Positions 8,971 through 16,647 of a stretch of 31,265 nt of DNA are shown piece after piece. Below the pieces are notes generated by a model. It did not search any database. It was not told the origin of the DNA and worked only from the letters and a program-made list of their open reading frames with translations. How positions within the stretch are numbered: position 1 is the stretch's first letter; every line of letters begins with the position of its first letter. The position numbers and the translations under genes were made by a program. The DNA lies in IMG/VR virus record IMGVR_UViG_3300037483_000960, positions 1-31,265 of that record; one strand, written 5' to 3'. This DNA is from a virus (taxonomy: Duplodnaviria > Caudoviricetes).

Positions 8971-10317
8971 ATGGCGAAAATTGAGCTAACCATAGAGCAG
9001 CACTATGTTGATTGGGGCTTGGCCGAGGCCGTGCGCGAATTTGTTCAGAATGGCCTGGATGCTGAGCAGGACGGGCACGCGTTCACGGTCTCATATGACG
9101 CGCGAAAGGAGTCGCTCCTGTTCGTGTCGGAGGGCGCGAGCCTCACGACGCGCACGCTACTGCTCGGCTCGACAACCAAGCGGGAGCGGTCGGACCAGAT
9201 CGGGAAATTCGGCGAGGGGTACAAGCTCGCGCTCCTGGCGTGCGTGAACGCGGGCCACCCCGTCGTGTTGCGCACGGGAGACGAGCGATGGGTTCCCAGC
9301 ATCGAGTGCTCGATGAAGTTTGGGGGGGCAAGGGTGCTCGTTATCTCGACGCTCAAGCGGCCGACGCAGAGCCTCGACGCGGTGAGTATCGAGGTGGGCG
9401 GCGTCACTGGGGAGGCATGGCAGGAGATCCGCCCTCGGTTCCTGTCGCTCGAGCCCCCGCTCGAGACTGCGCGGTCGGAGGGGCAGGGGACGATCCTCCT
9501 CGATGAGGAGTACGCGGGGAAGGTCTACCTGAGCGGGATCTTCGTCCAGAAGATCGATGATTTTCGGTATGGCTACGACCTTCCGGCGCGGCGCGTGTCG
9601 CTCGACCGCGACCGGCGCATGGTCGATCGCAGCCAGGCGGAATGGGCTATCGCGCAGCTCTGGGGGGCCGTCTGCGAGCAGGATCCCGAGCACCTCGACG
9701 CCTTCATGTCGCTCTTGAGCTCGGGCGCGCCGGACGTGCGTTCCGCGCGATACGGCTCTGCGACATCAACCCTGGTGAAGCAGGGGCTCGCCGCGCTCTT
9801 CCGCGAGCGGTTCGGTGACACGACCCTGCCGGTGTCCTCCGAGGAGGAAGGCGAGCAAGCTCGAAGCATCGGCCGGCGTGGCGTGGTGGTTTCGGCGGAG
9901 CTGCGAGAGATCCTGTGGCCCGAGGTCGGGAACCTGGCGACGGCGCGAGACGAGCTCCGCCGTCAGGTCGCGACCGAGGTTGAGATCGAGTCCCTCGCCG
10001 CGAGCGAGGCGCAGCACTGGGCGCGAGCGGTCTCGCTCGTCTCGCGCGTCCGGCCGCACCTTCGTCTCGCCCAATTCAAGATCGTCGAGTTCCCCTCGCC
10101 CGATCTGCGCGGCCTCTACAAGTCGGAGCCTGACAAGGACTCGGAGATCCAGATCTCCCGCTCGACCCTAGCCACCTTCAAGTCTGTCCTCACGACCGTG
10201 GTTCACGAGGTCGCGCACGACACGGCCGGCGGCGCACGCGATGCCTCGATCGACTTCGAGCTCGCGCTTCAATCCCTCTGGGCTGACATCGTCCAGAGCC
10301 TCGCAACCCCGAGCTAG
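8971..10317 (+). CDS. GHKL-type ATPase fused to C-terminal HEXXH metallopeptidase-like domain
   Basis: AVREFVQNGLDA (N box), LLLGSTTK, IGKFGEGYKLA (G2 box); LTTVVHEVAH near the C-terminus; GAGAGG RBS. Confidence 0.8.
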   Translation: MAKIELTIEQHYVDWGLAEAVREFVQNGLDAEQDGHAFTVSYDARKESLLFVSEGASLTTRTLLLGSTTKRERSDQIGKFGEGYKLALLACVNAGHPVVLRTGDERWVPSIECSMKFGGARVLVISTLKRPTQSLDAVSIEVGGVTGEAWQEIRPRFLSLEPPLETARSEGQGTILLDEEYAGKVYLSGIFVQKIDDFRYGYDLPARRVSLDRDRRMVDRSQAEWAIAQLWGAVCEQDPEHLDAFMSLLSSGAPDVRSARYGSATSTLVKQGLAALFRERFGDTTLPVSSEEEGEQARSIGRRGVVVSAELREILWPEVGNLATARDELRRQVATEVEIESLAASEAQHWARAVSLVSRVRPHLRLAQFKIVEFPSPDLRGLYKSEPDKDSEIQISRSTLATFKSVLTTVVHEVAHDTAGGARDASIDFELALQSLWADIVQSLATPS

Positions 10318-10364
10318 CTCCGCGTCCAGTACGCGACCGTGGTTGACACTCACCGTGAGGCCCC

Positions 10365-11375
10365 ATGATGTACGCTGAGACGCTGGATCCCTCGATGCGC
10401 GGCCTCCTTGCCGCGTGGACGCTCCCGCCCGCTCGGCGGAAGGCGATCCTCGCCGGTGCGGAGCTGCGCATCGAGGGCCTTATCGCGGCGGGGTACCTGT
10501 CGCGGTTCCCGAACGGCGCGCTCTATCTCGCCGACGGCGGAACGCTCGTATTGGGCCCGAAGATGAGGGCAACGCTCGAGGAGCTCGCGATGGTCATGCG
10601 CGCGAAGGGCGAGCCGTTGCCAGCGGCGGCGGGGCCGAGGATCGCGGCGCCGGCCGCTCCGCTCGAGGGGGGCGGCTACCGTGCCGAGTGCATGCGCCTG
10701 CGCGCGACGGTGGCGCGGCTCGAGGAAGAGCTCCGAAGCGTGGGGAGCGCGAGGCCGCGCGCCTCGAGGCCGAAGGCCTCCGCCGCGGACCCGTTCTCGA
10801 CGCCGGCCAGGGCACTCGTCGCGTGGTACGCGGCGGCCGGGCCCGACGCCTTCCATCTGCCCGGCTGGCGGAAGACGGTCATGGACGATCACGGGCGCCT
10901 CTCGCCGGAGGCGTTCGGGGCGGCCATGCTGGAGCGGGTCGAGGGGACGCGAGCGCTCGCCGCGAGCTCGGCGGCCTACCTTGCCGCGGGCGAGGCCGCC
11001 ACGGGCAAGGGTTCGGGCACCTACTACTGGCATCCGCGCCTGCGCTGCTACGTGCGGGCGCCAGCGCGGGGTGAGGCACGCGACGCCTTCGAGCGGGAGG
11101 TCCGCGCGCAGTACCAGGAGGCTCGCCGCGCGAGGATCCTGGGCGAGCGGCGAGCCGGCCAGCGAGCTCGCGCGGAGAAGCGCCGGATCGCGAAAGCGGC
11201 GGCCGAAGACGTCGGCGCATGCCCCCGGCACGCGCCCATCGCCTTCCGAATCCGTCACGCGCTCGAGGCGAGCCGAGCGGCTCGGAAGGCTTCCCACTTC
11301 CCGCGCACGCGCAAGCGCCCGCGCGCGAACACGCGCCCGCGCAAGCGGCGCTCGCACCTCAAGCTCGTCTCGTAA
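10365..11375 (+). CDS. Hypothetical protein, Arg/Ala-rich basic C-terminus
   Basis: 336-aa ORF co-oriented with neighbours, GC-rich third positions; no family recognised. Confidence 0.6.
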   Translation: MMYAETLDPSMRGLLAAWTLPPARRKAILAGAELRIEGLIAAGYLSRFPNGALYLADGGTLVLGPKMRATLEELAMVMRAKGEPLPAAAGPRIAAPAAPLEGGGYRAECMRLRATVARLEEELRSVGSARPRASRPKASAADPFSTPARALVAWYAAAGPDAFHLPGWRKTVMDDHGRLSPEAFGAAMLERVEGTRALAASSAAYLAAGEAATGKGSGTYYWHPRLRCYVRAPARGEARDAFEREVRAQYQEARRARILGERRAGQRARAEKRRIAKAAAEDVGACPRHAPIAFRIRHALEASRAARKASHFPRTRKRPRANTRPRKRRSHLKLVS

Positions 11376-11379
11376 CCGT

Positions 11380-11580
11380 GCGCGCCTGCGCGGCGCAGCG
11401 CGCTCGCCGCGCCTCCTATCCCAGCGCGCCCGCGCCCGCGCGAGCCCCGCGCGCCCTCCCCTACCCCACGCCCTAGCCCCGCCATATCGCGCGCCCCCAC
11501 GCGCCATACGGCCCCGCGCGGCACCGCGATGCCCCGCGCACCACTCCCGCCGCTCCCTTGATCCCCTGAGCGCGCCCCAA
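11380..11580. repeat. Second C-rich low-complexity intergenic tract
   Basis: C skew; shares CCCCACGCCCT and CGCGCCATAYGGCC with 8431-8645. Confidence 0.65.
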
Positions 11581-11612
11581 AGGCCGCTAGAATTGACCCG
11601 GGTTTCCATCAC

Positions 11613-11675
11613 TTACCCGAATCGCTATTTTCTTTTCCGACCGTACTTGACGTGCGCCCGTAGATGAGCGATACT
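11613..11675 (+). promoter_or_regulatory. Island promoter P2
   Basis: TTACCCGAAT 11613-11622; T-rich tract; TTGACG 11647-11652; 17 bp; GATACT 11670-11675. Confidence 0.85.
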
Positions 11676-11723
11676 CCAATCATCGAAGGGCAACCAAGCC
11701 CCCGAAGAAAAGCGAGAGACACG

Positions 11724-11879
11724 ATGACTGCAAAGGCCCTGAAGACCCTCCACCACAACGCCGCAGTGAAGGCGTGGGTCACCCGCAACGCCAACCTGAA
11801 GGCCGCGGCGAAGGCGGCGAAGGCCTCGCAGTTCGTCCCGCTTCGCCTGCGCTTTCCTTCTGCGGCTGCGAAGGCCTGA
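11724..11879 (+). CDS. Basic Ala/Lys-rich peptide, 51 aa, one KAWxTR motif
   Basis: MTAKALKTLHHNAAVKAWVTRNAN...; paralog at 13927; GAGAG RBS-like site after P2. Confidence 0.75.
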   Translation: MTAKALKTLHHNAAVKAWVTRNANLKAAAKAAKASQFVPLRLRFPSAAAKA

Positions 11880-11885
11880 GCGGTC

Positions 11886-11949
11886 GGGCGGCCCCAAGGG
11901 GCCGCCCCCTCACCAGACCTCTCGAGCTCGCTCGAGGGGCCATGCGAGG
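11886..11949 (+). ncRNA. Twin-hairpin cis element, copy A
   Basis: GGGCGGCCC/GGGCCGCCC stem abutting CCTCACC-AGA-CCTCTCGAG-CTCG-CTCGAGGGG-CCA-TGCGAGG. Confidence 0.65.
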
Positions 11950-11983
11950 GCGCAGCACACACACATCACGGAAGGGACACACC

Positions 11984-13117
11984 ATGGCGGTCATCGCGCA
12001 GACGACGGAACAGCGGCAGGTAGCGCAGGGCAAGCTCGGGGCGATCATCCAGGCCGGGCGAGCGAAGGCCGCGCAGGGGCTCGAGGCAATGCAGCGCGAA
12101 TTCAAGATGCGCAAGGATCTGCGCGTGCGGCCAGGCGCCATCGACATCGAGACCGTGGAGAGCGACGGCGGGTTCAAGTGGAGGCCCGTTGTCGTCGACA
12201 AGAAGGCCGGGACGCGCGTCGCTTTCGAGATGACGGGCCACGCCCGCGGCCAGTTCCTCTCACGCGCCGGGATCCCGGGCGCGTTCGTCGACACCCTCGT
12301 CCAGCACGGCCAGGCCGAGCTTCTCCGTGAGAACATCCTGAAGGTGCTTCCCCATGAGTCGGCCGATGGCCTCCTCGTCCGCACGGTGGGCGACACGGCC
12401 AAGGCGTTCCTCTCGCCCGCGTACAAGTGCCTCGACAACGCGCTTTTCTTCGACACGTTCGTTGAGGAGTCGCTCAAGGCGAAGCTCGTCCCCTACCGCG
12501 GCGAGGTGTCCGACACGCGCGGCTTCCTGTCCTTCCTGCGGCCCGAGATCGTCGAGATCGCGCCCGGAGAGTTCGTGGTTCCGGGCGTCGAGATGCGCGG
12601 CTCGGACTACGGGAACGGCGCGCAGGAACTGAATGCGATGTTTCTGCGCCTCCTGTGCCTGAACGGAGCGGTCGGTTACGACATGTTCCGCAAGATCCAC
12701 ATCGGCCGCCGTTTCAGCTCGGCCGAGTACGGCGAGGACAATGTCATCAAGCTGTCGCAGAAGACGATCGAGCTCGACGTCTCGACGGTCCGATCGGCGC
12801 TGTCGGATACGATGAAGGGCGTCACCAAGCACCTGGACGCCTTGACCGAGTCGCTTCGCGAGGCCGCCACGAAAGAGATCAACGTCGAGTCGACAATCTC
12901 CGTGCTGAAGAAGAAGGGGCTGAAGACGGCATCGCTCGCGAAGGTGAAGGCCCTGTATGAGAACGAGGCCTTGCCGGTCGAGGCGCTCCCGGCCGGCCAG
13001 GGCGCGTGGAGGCTCTCGAACGCGCTGTCCTTGCTGGCGAACGCGACGAGCGACGTGGACGAGGCCGCCGACCTCCGGGACGCCGCCTATGCTGTGCTGC
13101 CCATGCCGAAGGCCTAA
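11984..13117 (+). CDS. DUF932-like protein
   Basis: LLVRT..AFLSPAYKCLDN..GSDYGNGA..FLRLLCLNG..KIHIG..AWRLSNAL; GGAAGGG RBS. Confidence 0.75.
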   Translation: MAVIAQTTEQRQVAQGKLGAIIQAGRAKAAQGLEAMQREFKMRKDLRVRPGAIDIETVESDGGFKWRPVVVDKKAGTRVAFEMTGHARGQFLSRAGIPGAFVDTLVQHGQAELLRENILKVLPHESADGLLVRTVGDTAKAFLSPAYKCLDNALFFDTFVEESLKAKLVPYRGEVSDTRGFLSFLRPEIVEIAPGEFVVPGVEMRGSDYGNGAQELNAMFLRLLCLNGAVGYDMFRKIHIGRRFSSAEYGEDNVIKLSQKTIELDVSTVRSALSDTMKGVTKHLDALTESLREAATKEINVESTISVLKKKGLKTASLAKVKALYENEALPVEALPAGQGAWRLSNALSLLANATSDVDEAADLRDAAYAVLPMPKA

Positions 13118-13123
13118 GAGTAT

Positions 13124-13188
13124 GGGCGGCCCCGGGGGGGCCGCCCTCTCACCCGACCCGCCGAGGAGACTCGGCAGGCCAGGTGAGA
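13124..13188 (+). ncRNA. Twin-hairpin cis element, copy B (diverged, compensatory changes)
   Basis: TCTCACC-CGA-CCCGCCGAG-GAGA-CTCGGCAGG-CCA-GGTGAGA after the GGGCGGCCCC hairpin. Confidence 0.65.
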
Positions 13189-13219
13189 AGCGCAGCACTC
13201 CAGCGGAAAGGAAGCCGTC

Positions 13220-13783
13220 ATGCAGGCGACTCAAGCGGCGTTGCTCGCGGCGATAGCTACCAAGCGGCCCGACCCGAAAGATCTCATCGGGAAGAAGAAC
13301 CGGATCCCGAGCGGACCCGACGAGATCCCGACGCCGGGCGTCAGCCGCCTGGGCTTCTCGGGCGTCATGCGAGGTCTCGCGAATAAGGGCCTGGTCGTCT
13401 GCTACCCCGGACCCTCCGTCAGCCTCACCGTGAAGGGCGTCAAGGCGTACCTCGAGAGCAACGCGTCCGCGCCAGCGCCCGAGCCTGCCCCCGCGCCCGC
13501 GCCCGCGCCCACCCCGAAGGGCAAGGCCCCCCGCACGCCAGCGCCTACCCCTGCGACCGTCGCCGAGCTCTCCCCCGCGCAGAAGGCGTGGGTCACGCGC
13601 CGCGCAACGGCCGCGGCGAAGGCCGCCGAAGCCTCCACCCCCGCGCCCGCGCCGAAGGGCAAGCCCCCCCGCGCGCCAGCGCCTACCCCCGCGGCCGGCG
13701 GCGAGCTCTCCCCCGCGCAGAAGGCGTGGGTCACGAGGCGCGCGATGGCCGCCGCGAAGGGCAAGGCCCCCGCGCCCGTGTAG
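13220..13783 (+). CDS. Putative winged-helix protein with Pro/Ala linker and two LSPAQKAWVTRRA repeats
   Basis: L..KGLV...LTVKG wing-like motif; 138-bp internal duplication; paralog at 14243. Confidence 0.75.
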   Translation: MQATQAALLAAIATKRPDPKDLIGKKNRIPSGPDEIPTPGVSRLGFSGVMRGLANKGLVVCYPGPSVSLTVKGVKAYLESNASAPAPEPAPAPAPAPTPKGKAPRTPAPTPATVAELSPAQKAWVTRRATAAAKAAEASTPAPAPKGKPPRAPAPTPAAGGELSPAQKAWVTRRAMAAAKGKAPAPV

Positions 13784-13813
13784 GAGCCAGAATTAGCCCC
13801 GGGGTTCCATGAG

Positions 13814-13876
13814 TTACCCGAATAGCGATTTTCTTTTGCGTCCATGCTTGACGTCCGACCGTGGATAGGGCATACT
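13814..13876 (+). promoter_or_regulatory. Island promoter P3
   Basis: TTACCCGAAT 13814-13823; TTGACG 13848-13853; 17 bp with CGACCGT; CATACT 13871-13876. Confidence 0.88.
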
Positions 13877-13926
13877 CAATCATCGAAAGCGAGGCACACC
13901 GCCCCGCAAGGAAAAGAGAGAACACC

Positions 13927-14139
13927 ATGACTGCAAAGACCTTCAAGAGCATCCGCCACGCAGCCGCAGTGAAGGCCTGGAACACCCGCAACGCGAACAG
14001 CCGGAGCGCGATCGCAGCGAAGGCCTGGAAGACCCGCAACGCCAACGCGGCGAAGGCTGCGGAGGTGAAGGCCACGGTGGTGAAGGTGGCGAAGGTGGTA
14101 GCGGCGAAGGCGAAGGCTGCGAAGGCGAAGGCCGCCTGA
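13927..14139 (+). CDS. Basic Ala/Lys-rich peptide, 70 aa, two KAWxTR motifs
   Basis: MTAKTFKSIRHAAAVKAWNTRNANSRSAIAAKAWKTRNAN...AKAKAA; paralog of 11724. Confidence 0.78.
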   Translation: MTAKTFKSIRHAAAVKAWNTRNANSRSAIAAKAWKTRNANAAKAAEVKATVVKVAKVVAAKAKAAKAKAA

Positions 14140-14147
14140 GCGAGCGC

Positions 14148-14210
14148 GGGCGGCCCGAAGGCCGCCCCCTCACCCGACCTCTCGAGCGAGCTCGAGGGGC
14201 CGTGTGAAGG
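14148..14210 (+). ncRNA. Twin-hairpin cis element, copy C
   Basis: GGGCGGCC-CGAA-GGCCGCCC then CCTCACC-CGA-CCTCTCGAG-CGAG-CTCGAGGGG-CCG-TGTGAAGG. Confidence 0.65.
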
Positions 14211-14242
14211 ACCGCAGGACAAACCGAAGGAAGGGACGCACC

Positions 14243-14818
14243 ATGACCGACATCGAGAGCGCACTACTCACCGCGATCGCCACATCCAGGCCGGACCCGA
14301 AGGACATGGTCGGGAAGAAGGGGAAGGTTCCCAGCACCTACAAGGCCTTCCCGATCGAGGGCATCACTCGCCGAGGGTTCGGCGGTGTCGTGAATGCGCT
14401 CATGCGCAAGGGTCTCGTGGCCTGCTACCCCGCGCAAGGCAAGGAGCCGATCGGGATCGCCCTGACCGCCAAGGGGCTCGAGGCCTATCGCGCCCTGCCG
14501 CCAGCCCCCGCGGCGAGCGAACCCGCGGCCCCCGCGAGCGAGCCTGCCCCCGCGCTCGAGGTCGCCACCCCTGCGCCCGCGAGCGAGCCCGCGCCCGCGC
14601 CCATGCCCGTGCCCGACGAGGCCGCATGGGCGGCGCAGATCGCGTCCTACATCGCGACCAGCATGCCGGTTGCCCCACCACCGAAGCCCACGCCCGCGCC
14701 CGGAACCGCAGGCCTGTCCCCCGCCCACAAGGCATGGGTCACGCGCCGCGCCATGGCCGCCGCCAAGGCCGCCGCGGAAGCCGCGCAGATCGCCAGCGCG
14801 GCCGTGTCGCCGAAGTGA
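14243..14818 (+). CDS. Paralog of 13220: putative winged helix, Pro/Ala linker and LSPAHKAWVTRRA
   Basis: Shared ALL.AIAT.RPDPKD..GKK..GF.GV...L..KGLV.CYP..LT.KG..AY. Confidence 0.78.
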   Translation: MTDIESALLTAIATSRPDPKDMVGKKGKVPSTYKAFPIEGITRRGFGGVVNALMRKGLVACYPAQGKEPIGIALTAKGLEAYRALPPAPAASEPAAPASEPAPALEVATPAPASEPAPAPMPVPDEAAWAAQIASYIATSMPVAPPPKPTPAPGTAGLSPAHKAWVTRRAMAAAKAAAEAAQIASAAVSPK

Positions 14819-14831
14819 CGCCACGACGGAA

Positions 14832-14863
14832 GGGGGCTTGTCGCGCTCGCGCCACAAGCCCCC
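14832..14863 (+). terminator. GC-rich hairpin, possible terminator
   Basis: GGGGGCTTGT / ACAAGCCCCC perfect 10-bp inverted repeat after the stop; no U tract. Confidence 0.5.
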
Positions 14864-14914
14864 CCCTCCCTACCCGCACCTACCAGACCAGCGCGATTAA
14901 TGTTGCGTCCATGC

Positions 14915-14943
14915 TTGACATACGACCGTAGATAGGCGATACT
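14915..14943 (+). promoter_or_regulatory. Island promoter P4
   Basis: TTGACA 14915-14920; 17 bp with CGACCGT; GATACT 14938-14943; CAATCATCGA leader as in P2 and P3. Confidence 0.88.
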
Positions 14944-14993
14944 CAATCATCGAGGGACGGGGCAAGGGGCCCCGAAGAAAACGGAGAGACACC

Positions 14994-15719
14994 ATGAACA
15001 TCGCCGACAAGATCAAGAAGCTCCTGGCCCTCGCGCAGTCTTCCAATCCGAACGAGGCCGCCCTCGCCGCGGCTCGCGCGCAGGAGCTCATGGTCAAGTA
15101 TGCGATCGACGAGGCGCAGCTCGCGGGCACGCCCGGCCATGTCGAGGAAGAGATCAAGTCGGAACCAATGAGCGGAAAATACGGCGCCGTGCAGCACTGG
15201 CACGCGCAGCTCGCCGACGCGATCGCGCGCTCGTTCTTCTGTCGCGTCTACTTCGTCCCCCGCGGTGACGTCTACATGGTTGGTCGGGCCACGGATCGCG
15301 AGGCCCTCCGCGCCACCTACCTCTACCTCCTGGGCGAGATCACGCGCATGAGCGACTCCGCATGGATCGCCGCGCGAGCGGGCCTCCCCATGCTGAAGAG
15401 CCAGCAACTCGGCGGGTACGCGATCAAGTGGAAGCGCGCCTTCCATGTCGGCGCCGTGGCCACGGTTCGCGAGCGCCTCGTCTCGAGCCTTCGAGAGCTG
15501 AGCGCCGCCGCGCCCTCCGCCAACGGGTCGGCCCCGAGCGTCGCGATCGTCCTCGCCGCGCTGCAAGAGGCCGTTGACCTCTACGTCAAGAAGAGCCTCA
15601 ATCTGCGAACGACCTCGAGCCGGCCCGTCAACCCGAGCGGCTACGAGCAAGGGCAGAAGGCCGGCTGGTCCCTCAACCTCGACGAGCGCGCCGGTGCCAG
15701 CAAGCGCCTTGGCTCCTAA
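14994..15719 (+). CDS. DUF2786-domain protein
   Basis: IADKIKKLLALAQSSNPNEAALAAARAQELMVKYAI N-terminus; GYEQGQKAG C-terminus. Confidence 0.85.
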   Translation: MNIADKIKKLLALAQSSNPNEAALAAARAQELMVKYAIDEAQLAGTPGHVEEEIKSEPMSGKYGAVQHWHAQLADAIARSFFCRVYFVPRGDVYMVGRATDREALRATYLYLLGEITRMSDSAWIAARAGLPMLKSQQLGGYAIKWKRAFHVGAVATVRERLVSSLRELSAAAPSANGSAPSVAIVLAALQEAVDLYVKKSLNLRTTSSRPVNPSGYEQGQKAGWSLNLDERAGASKRLGS

Positions 15720-15789
15720 AGCCGCCCCCTACTCACCCGAAGGGCCCGGAGCGCACGGCGAAGGTGGCGAAGGCCGCCTGAGCGAGCGC

Positions 15790-15853
15790 GGGCGGCCCCG
15801 AGGGGCCGCCCCCTCACACGACCTCTCGAGCGAGCTCGAGGGGCCATGCGAGG
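15790..15853 (+). ncRNA. Twin-hairpin cis element, copy D
   Basis: GGGCGGCCC/GGGCCGCCC then CCTCACA-CGA-CCTCTCGAG-CGAG-CTCGAGGGG-CCA-TGCGAGG. Confidence 0.65.
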
Positions 15854-15880
15854 CGCAACACAGCGAAGGAAGGGGACACC

Positions 15881-16093
15881 ATGAGCGCACCGAAGAGGAA
15901 GCTCGTCACCGTCGAGAAGGTCGTCGGTGGGCGCGAGGATGGCATGTGGATCTGCCGCGACTGGCGCCGTTGCTTCATCCTTGTCCGCGGATCCAGGCGC
16001 GAGGCACTCGAGGATGGGCTCGCCTACGCCATCGGCCACGCCGGCCGCGCGTGCCTCGACCTGTCGCTCTTCGATGTAAGCCTCGACCGCTAG
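15881..16093 (+). CDS. Hypothetical protein, 70 aa
   Basis: GGAAGGGG RBS and ACACCATG start context as in other island genes. Confidence 0.7.
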   Translation: MSAPKRKLVTVEKVVGGREDGMWICRDWRRCFILVRGSRREALEDGLAYAIGHAGRACLDLSLFDVSLDR

Positions 16094-16113
16094 ATCCCCA
16101 GGAGCCCGCAACC

Positions 16114-16590
16114 ATGGAAACCGATCACATGTACACGCTGAAGGGTCACCACGAGCTCAAGACCTCAGACGGCTACGCCATGGCCGGGTGGCTCTGCTGC
16201 GACGGGGTGAAGATCGCCACCTACGAGGACGGCGGATACGGCGGCGAGATGCGCGTGGACTACGTCGGAGGTGGAACGGGAGCAGTGGCGGCCGAGGCCG
16301 CGCTTATCGCGCACCTTGCTGCGCTCCCCCCGATGCCTGCAGGCTACGAGGGCGGCGAGCCGATGGCGTGGGACGTCTCTTGCTTCATCGGGCACCTCGC
16401 CGACGCAGCGGCACACGAACGGCGCTTGAATCGGCTGTGCATGAGAAACACGGTGTTCACCGTCCCCGGAGACCCAGAGGGCGAGCTCCACACCCTGAAA
16501 GTCGCCGTCAGCGACAAGGCACGCGCGTTCGTCCTGCGGAAGTACCCGGGCGCCGTCATCCTCAACGATCGCGTCGTCAAGAAAACCTAG
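16114..16590 (+). CDS. Hypothetical phage protein, 158 aa
   Basis: AGGAG RBS; DGVKIATYEDGGYGGE segment; start moved to ATG 16114. Confidence 0.7.
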   Translation: METDHMYTLKGHHELKTSDGYAMAGWLCCDGVKIATYEDGGYGGEMRVDYVGGGTGAVAAEAALIAHLAALPPMPAGYEGGEPMAWDVSCFIGHLADAAAHERRLNRLCMRNTVFTVPGDPEGELHTLKVAVSDKARAFVLRKYPGAVILNDRVVKKT

Positions 16591-16597
16591 CCCGTAC

Positions 16598-16626
16598 TTG
16601 ACGTGCGACCACTTTCCGCGCATGCT
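16598..16626 (+). promoter_or_regulatory. Island promoter P5 (variant spacer)
   Basis: CCGTACTTGACGTGCG identical to P2; TTGACG 16598-16603; 17 bp with CGACCAC; CATGCT 16621-16626. Confidence 0.7.
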
Positions 16627-16647
16627 GCAAGGAGGAGGCACCACCTC

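Noticed and set aside
11886-15853. Hairpin repeats as a CRISPR array or integron attC sites
   Set aside because: They are separated by whole genes, no cas genes are present, they lack RYYYAAC/GTTRRRY ends, and the recombinase looks XerC-like rather than IntI-like.
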